From NCBI RefSeq assembly GCF_009914755.1, contig NC_060926.1: DNA of 64,000 nt. One strand, written 5' to 3'. The notes below the pieces were generated by a model. It was not told the DNA's origin. It saw nothing but the letters and a program-made list of their open reading frames with translations, and made no database searches. The stretch comes from the human T2T-CHM13v2.0 reference genome, Homo sapiens. Below, in pieces: positions 57,377 through 64,000 of the stretch. The number at the start of each line of letters is the position of its first letter. Position 1 is the first letter of the stretch. Position numbers and translations under genes: made by a program.

Positions 57377-57759
57377 GTGACTCACCTTCTTGGCCCAGTG
57401 GGCATTTGATCCAGAATAACTCATTACTGTCTGAGGAAATTCCCACTGTCTCTTTTCCCAGAAGTTTTTGTTTCTGGTGGCTTCTTGGGGGATTCCAGGC
57501 ACAGTAGGGCCAAGCAATGGGTATAGAGTGACCCTACACCTTTGACTTGGCCTCCTGTGGACTTAGATGGATGGGTGTGTTTCCTAGGAGCCCTCTTTCC
57601 TGTCCTCAACCCTTTTCCCATGAGAAATGCCTCTTCTTGCCTCAGAAACAAACGAAGGGGTCAGTGTCTGCCAATGTCTGCTCAGCCCAGAGTGAATGTC
57701 TGAGAGATTCAGTGTGAATGTGCTGGTTGCCTGCTACAGATCAGGCTTGGCAGGTGGTG

Positions 57760-57930
57760 GTAGGTGGTTAAGGTTCCAGTTTCAGCATCAAGTATGAGTT
57801 GTTACTGCTCAGAGTCTCAGTTTTCTCATCTGTAAAATGGGAAGATTCCTAGCTCTCAAATTTATAAGGCTCCACTGGCCGTGTGTAAAATGTGGCAATT
57901 AGGGAATACTGTTGGCTGTTAACTATATCC
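57760..57930 (+). mobile_element. MIR fragment
   Basis: tctcagttttctcatctgtaaaatggg. Confidence 0.75.
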
Positions 57931-58274
57931 ACCAGGACAGGCTGGTTATGCTCTGGTAAAAAATAAACCCAAACTCAATGTCTGCGCCCAGCACACATTT
58001 ATCTCTTGTGCATGCTATATGGCCATCTTGACTCAGCAGGGTTCTATTCTCTGTCACCTTTACTTAGGAGTGTTGGTTGGAAGAATCCCCCAAAGTAGTG
58101 CCATCAGTCTCTATGGCAGGGGAAAGGGGACATGGTGTATCAAGCCTTGGGCTTGAAGGTCTATTCCCAGAAGAGACATCATTACCGCAACTCACGTTTC
58201 ATTGGCCAAAGTGAGTCACAAGCCAAGTTTAACTTCAAGGAGCATGCCCCCAAGCCTCTGATTCTAAGTGCTAC

Positions 58275-58636
58275 CGCCTTAACACATTTGAGCTCCTGTA
58301 ACAAAATGCCATAAGCTGGGTGACTTATAAACAAGAGAAATTATTTCTCCCAGTTCTGGAGGCTGGAAAGTCCAAGACCAAGGCACTGGCAGATTTGGTG
58401 TCTAATGAGAACCTATTTCCTGGTTAATAGATGGTGCCTTCTTGCTGTATCATTACACGGTGGAAGGGGCAAACAAACTCTCTGGGGCCTCTTTTATAAG
58501 GGCACTGATCCCATTAACGACAGCTCTGCCTTTATGACCTAATCACCTTCCAGAGCCCCCACCTCCTAATGCCCTCACTGGGGGCTAGGTTTCTCCATAT
58601 GAATTCTGGGGGGACACAAACATTCAGACCATGGCA
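58275..58636 (-). mobile_element. MLT1A-type LTR
   Basis: cagttctggaggctggaaagtccaag...ttttataagggcactgatcccatt...ggggggacacaaacattcagaccat. Confidence 0.9.
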
Positions 58637-59563
58637 GCGCTCTCTTCCCTCACCGCGTGGCTGGCTCTCCAACTACAACACCATGCCCCATGGCTCACTT
58701 CCAAGGAGACTTTCTGGAGAGGTTTGTCCTAAGAGACAGAAGAATGCATCCTGCCTCAAGTTTTAGTTGCATAGGTTCACCCTACAGTGAGGTAATAGTT
58801 ACACATTCTTAATGAAAAGATCCAAAAGCCCAATACATCCTGTTCTGCAGCATATAAAGCATCTTCTTCAGACCTGGTCCAAGACTACTCTGGGATTTTT
58901 GAGTCAGAAGAGAGCCAGAGCCTATTCAGTATGCTGTTTGACTCTGATCCCAGCAGCCACCACCATGTTAACAGGATGAGCAGGGCTTTCTTCAACTCAG
59001 GGTTCCTGTGAAATTAAAAAGAATTCTCATCTTGACTCAGGATTGTTGAACACTATTGATACTTCTTCCAAGGTCTCACAAGAGTTTGCCTCCTCTCATT
59101 GCCATGTGAAGACCTCTGTGGGGGAACAATGCATGGGTTCTTGGGGTATTATAGGGGACTACAGAGAAGTGTCACCTCCACCCAACAGCCTGATTCAGTC
59201 TACTCCTCAGGAGGAACACAAAGTGGTCTCTCTAGTGCCATGAAACCCCAAAAAGTGTCAACCAGTATTAAAGGCCTGCCTGATATACAACCCTCGAATG
59301 CAACACAGTGTCCTTCTGAGGCCACTCTAAAGGCCAGGAAAGGTTTGCTAAGAAGTCTGTGCTGTTAAAAACAGAAGAAAAAGACCCTTATCCCATTGCT
59401 CTGTGTCTGGTGGCTATAGGGACAGTATTTCATAAAAAAAGAAAGGCAAAAATAATTTTCAAAAATGATTCAAGAAATGCTGTCAAAGATAGCAAAGAAC
59501 AGAGTCCTCAGAGAACAGTGCCCAGGACAGGATAAGCACTCAATAACATATAACACTGTGTAG

Positions 59564-59845
59564 TGCTGTTGAGTGCTGGCTGTTGTTGAGTGCTAGCTAT
59601 TGTTGAGTGCTTGTTGTTGAGTGCTAGCTGCTGAGTGCTAGCTGTTGTTGAGTGCTTGTTGTTGAGTGCTAGCTGTTGTTGAGTGCTTGTTGTTGAGTGC
59701 TAGCTGTTGTTGAGTGCTTGTTGTTGAGTGCTAGCTGTTGTTGAGTGATTGTTGTTGAGTGCTAGCTGTTGTTGAGTGCTAGCTGTTGTTGAATGCTAGC
59801 TGTTGCTGAGTGCTTGTTGTTGAGTGCTAGCTGTTGTTGAGTGCT
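59564..59845. repeat. Minisatellite of 17-bp (TGTTGTTGAGTGCTAGC) and 14-bp (TGTTGTTGAGTGCT) units, ~18 units
   Basis: Units parsed directly; they alternate as a 31-bp higher-order unit over 59643-59766. Confidence 0.97.
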
Positions 59846-59960
59846 TGTCCTGCCTGGGCCCTGTTTTTAGCCTTTGATGTACATTTCTCCATTTAACTTC
59901 CACAATAGCCCTATTAGGCAGCTAGTATTATTATTTCTGTTTTACAGATAAAGATTGGTT
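59826..59960 (-). mobile_element. MIR whose 3' end runs into the minisatellite
   Basis: ttgagtgcttgtcctgcctgggccctgtt...catttaacttccacaatagccctat...attatttctgttttacagata. Confidence 0.75.
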
Positions 59961-61799
59961 TTAGCTCAGAGTAGTTCTGAATCTTATAAAAAGAAAAAAA
60001 TATCCCCAGGAACTGAATCGGCTCCAAAATAGCCCCATCTTGGGCTAAATATGGGATGTGACAAAGCCACCATGAAGCTAGGCCCCCCTGTCCTGACAGC
60101 TTTCCACCCCTTCCCTGCCCCTCTCACCCTGCTTTCCAGGGGCAATGCACCTCCCCACTTCTCCTGGGAGGGGTGGGCATCCTCTCAGTCCCATAATCTG
60201 TGCCAGGCCCACATATGAGGACTTGACAGGATTCAGCAGAGATGCAGGCCTCTGCTCTGCTCTGCTCATCTCTTTGCATATAGTAATTTAATGAGGACAA
60301 AAACTGCATAGAGCTAGTAATGGCACGACCAAGCAGCAGCTTAAGCTTTGAGCCGCTAAACTATGCTGCCTCCTATTGTAATACGATTATATTATAACAC
60401 AAGTTCAAGAGACCACCCACTGCTTTCTTTATTGGATCTTCCAATAAAGTGGCCATGCTAGTAGCACAATTCCCCACGGAAATAGATAATGACTATTCTA
60501 AAATAAATCCGAGGACACACCCAGCCACAAAGTGGGAGGTGTATTATACAAATGCAACCAGGGCCTCTGGATCTGGCATTTAGACCCACAGCAACAGCTT
60601 GTGTTTGCTCAGGGCTAAGAATGCAGGACTCAGACACCGAGAGCCTCTGAGCTGCTGCAAACTCATCAACCCCTCCCTATTAAAGGCCATTCTGACTACC
60701 CTCAGTTTTCCTCAAAGAGCAGTTGAGAGCTAAGGTAGGGTAGGGAGCCAAGAGGAGGCAGGGAGAGCCAGAGATGGCAGCCGGCAACAGGACACAGAAA
60801 GAAAAGGGACTTCAAAGGCAGATCTAATAACTCACAGGGCTTTTTGGTGCAGAGTCTGGAGATAATGCACAGAAATGACACCTTGAAAGGGGAAGGAAAA
60901 GAAGGAAGAACACATCATCAGCCCCGGACTTCAGGTGGCTGAAGGAGAGAATGTATTTGGCATCTACCATATCTTTGCATCCTTCAATGACACATTTGTC
61001 CATGTCACTGATCTTTCTGGCAAAAAAAAAAAAAAAAAATGTGCTGTGTGACTGGTGGGATGAAGGTAAAGGGTGGCCAGATGAATCCTCTCCACATGCT
61101 GCCACGCTGGCCACCCAGGATGTGGCCTAGAGGTGCAAGGAACCAGACACCACTGGCCTACATCAAACTCCAGGCCACAGATGGAAATAGGACTGAGATC
61201 CCTGGACCTGGGGCCCGCTCAGGTATGAAGATCAGGTGGATTGAGGATGTCACTGCCATCCCCTCCAAAAGCACCTGCAGGAAGGGGGTTGCCATGGTCA
61301 CCATCTGTGAACAGGACTCCTCAAAATGTTTTCTGTTAATAAATTGCCTTCAAGTAAACTGAAAAAAAAAAAAAAAGAGGGAGAGAATTCACACAAAATG
61401 ATGCCCAGTCTTGGTCTGCATGGTGAAGGGCCCAGGACTGATGGGCGGGGGCTCATTTGCATACCACAACACCAGGGAGAGTCCTGTCACCTGCCCTCCT
61501 GAGTCCTGAAGAAAACCCTTCACTCCAATTCCCTGTACACTGCTTCTAAAGGCAGGAAATGTGTACAGTTCTAGAATTACAGTCACATAAAATGCTAGAA
61601 GAATAACGTGATTTATTTAAGTGCTTAGAGGTACCCCCTTGAAGTTTGTGTTACCTGGAAGTTGGCCTCAGGGAAACACCTCATTGACCTTCTCTCAAGG
61701 ATAAATGAGATGCAGGGACAGGGAAGGGAGAAAGGTTATTTTAACATTTCATTCACAGTCCCTGGGATTCTTTGGAGAGCACCTTAGGAATGTTCTTAA

Positions 61800-61950
61800 C
61801 CTGAGTCCTCTTACTAAGTATTATCACATAGTCTGCCAGGCTGGCATTATTAACCCTACTTTGCAGCTGAGGCAACTACAAGAGATGACCCTATCGGGCT
61901 AGTGAAGTGGAATTCGCCATGTACTGCATGCAGTCATGTACTGCAGTGAC
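61800..61950 (-). mobile_element. MIR fragment
   Basis: attattaaccctactttgcagctgaggcaact. Confidence 0.55.
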
Positions 61951-62385
61951 CAATCCGGGTCTAATTTCTTTGATGATATCATTGACGGGGTAGCAGGGGA
62001 GAGGCAAGTGCAAGAGAAGAAACGGGGTGAAACCCACTGCAGGGAAGCTTGGGCTGGGGCAGGATCGGGGAGCCAGGGTATGGGGCATGGTTGGGACTGA
62101 AACCCTTGTTAACACTGGCTTTAGCAAAAGAAATGGGCACCACAATCCCAGAGGACTTCCAGAAGCTTCCTCCCTCCCCCGCACCTGGGCACAGAGCCTT
62201 ACCTCCCCTGCACCCTGGCCCTGTCTCTCTATTTGGCAAGACTCCCATGTCATCTGCTCCTCTTTACTTCGGGTCCCTCTTGGCACTGGAAATACTAAGT
62301 GAACCCAGCAGTTGCACAGGATTCTAGGAATTTCTCCTTTCCAACTTCCTGAACTGGTTTTCTAATTCACCTCAGAGGTACCTTA

Positions 62386-62874
<489 letters not shown>

Positions 62875-63069
62875 TTAGAAAACCATAAAGCCCCCAAGAG
62901 ACGTTTCTACCAATCATCTAAATATTGAGTTTCACCTTATAAAATTTATAAAATGTAAAGAACACTTGGAACAGCCCAGTTTTAATGCCTCCAGCTTTTG
63001 TTTTCCAAAGAACAATTGGTAGACTTGGCCCCGAGGGGAGCAGAGCCCGGCTCTCAGACAACGAGCCTC

Positions 63070-63250
63070 ACCAGCAATTCTGTATCTTCGAGGCGGCAGA
63101 GGTTTTTGTGATCTTGTGTCATTTCTAAACACGACAGTGTAGATGGGATCCTCTTCATTTTGCAAATGAGAAAATGGAAAAACCCGAGGGACAAAGGGCC
63201 TCTCTCAAGGTGCCATGGTGAGAAGGAGGCAGAAGGAAGAGGACCTCGCC
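63070..63250 (-). mobile_element. MIR fragment
   Basis: cattttgcaaatgagaaaat...tcaaggtgccatgg. Confidence 0.5.
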
Positions 63251-64000
63251 CCTGCCTTGATTCCACTGACTGCTGTTTATCACACCATGAGTGTCTTCAG
63301 GGAGCAGTCGTTCTCCCGCTGGAATGTTTACATGAGGAGCAAATGTGATGCCATCACATAATTCCAGTGAGGGCTGGTCATCCCCTGCAAGGCTGAAATG
63401 ACCCTGTCTGTTTTAATGCTAAGGAAGCAGCAGCTTTTCTCCCACTCCCACACAGGATGTGTGCAGCATCTTCAAGTCTCTGCCTCGCGTTTCTAGATCT
63501 GTAGTGAGCTCTCCATGGTCAGGGAGTGGATCTTTCAGTTGGGTATTTTTCTGAAGCAACTGTCATTCTTTGCTTTTTGTAGCAAGACATGTTTTTAAAA
63601 TCCTCTGAGAGAGAAAGAGTGTTGCCAGAAAAGGAATGAAGAGTGGGAGAAAGGTGCATTGTGGAGCTGTCTGAGCGTTGGAGTATGTCCCAATAATGAA
63701 GAGACTGCGGAGAAGCATCCCCTGTCCCCCTCCGTGTTCTAAATGTATGAAACCTAACAAGGTAATTGCATGGGAATAACACACTGTGAATGTTATGTGG
63801 GATTTGAAATTGTCATCCCAAGAGTGACCAGGTGGAGAGAGGAAGGGTGAACTCTTTCAGTCTAAAAGCTATGTTTTAAAAGGCAGGGTTAGACTATGTT
63901 TGTTTCTGCAGTGTATTTTCTCTGCATAAAGGGATTTTTTTCCTACTTTTTCTGCTGGTGGACGTTTCCCTTGGGGGAGCCTGGCCAATGAAAGGTCACA

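Noticed and set aside
59564-59845. CRISPR-like appearance of the repeat array
   Set aside because: Units are contiguous with no unique spacers, the context is primate genomic DNA, and there are no cas genes.

Overview
Human (or great-ape) genomic DNA with no credible protein-coding gene. The landmark is the miR-4435 hairpin on the + strand at 35742-35821, recognised from memory of the annotated sequence. It places the window in the CYTOR (LINC00152, 2p11.2, MIR4435-1) / MIR4435-2HG (2q13) segmental duplication. The + orientation favours the CYTOR copy if the window is in reference orientation. Candidate lncRNA exons with good splice or poly(A) signals lie at 12603-12779 (an exonised L1 5' end) and 42269-~42725 (terminal exon). 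The rest is intronic or intergenic sequence full of Alu, L1, L2, MIR, L3/CR1, MaLR/ERV LTRs and DNA-transposon fossils. Four structures stand out: (1) a complex rearrangement at 14397-15190, where ~225-bp inverted arms enclose a ~330-bp copy of 11766-12094 bounded by a 10-bp direct repeat; (2) a 17/14-bp higher-order minisatellite at 59564-59845 born from a MIR 3' end next to a fold-back; (3) a dense AP-1/ARE/RUNX motif cluster running through the miR-4435 hairpin; (4) a multi-kb L3/CR1 fossil with readable RT motifs. I see no evidence of a new protein-based system. Repeat subfamily names and boundaries are by-eye calls and need RepeatMasker/Dfam confirmation.
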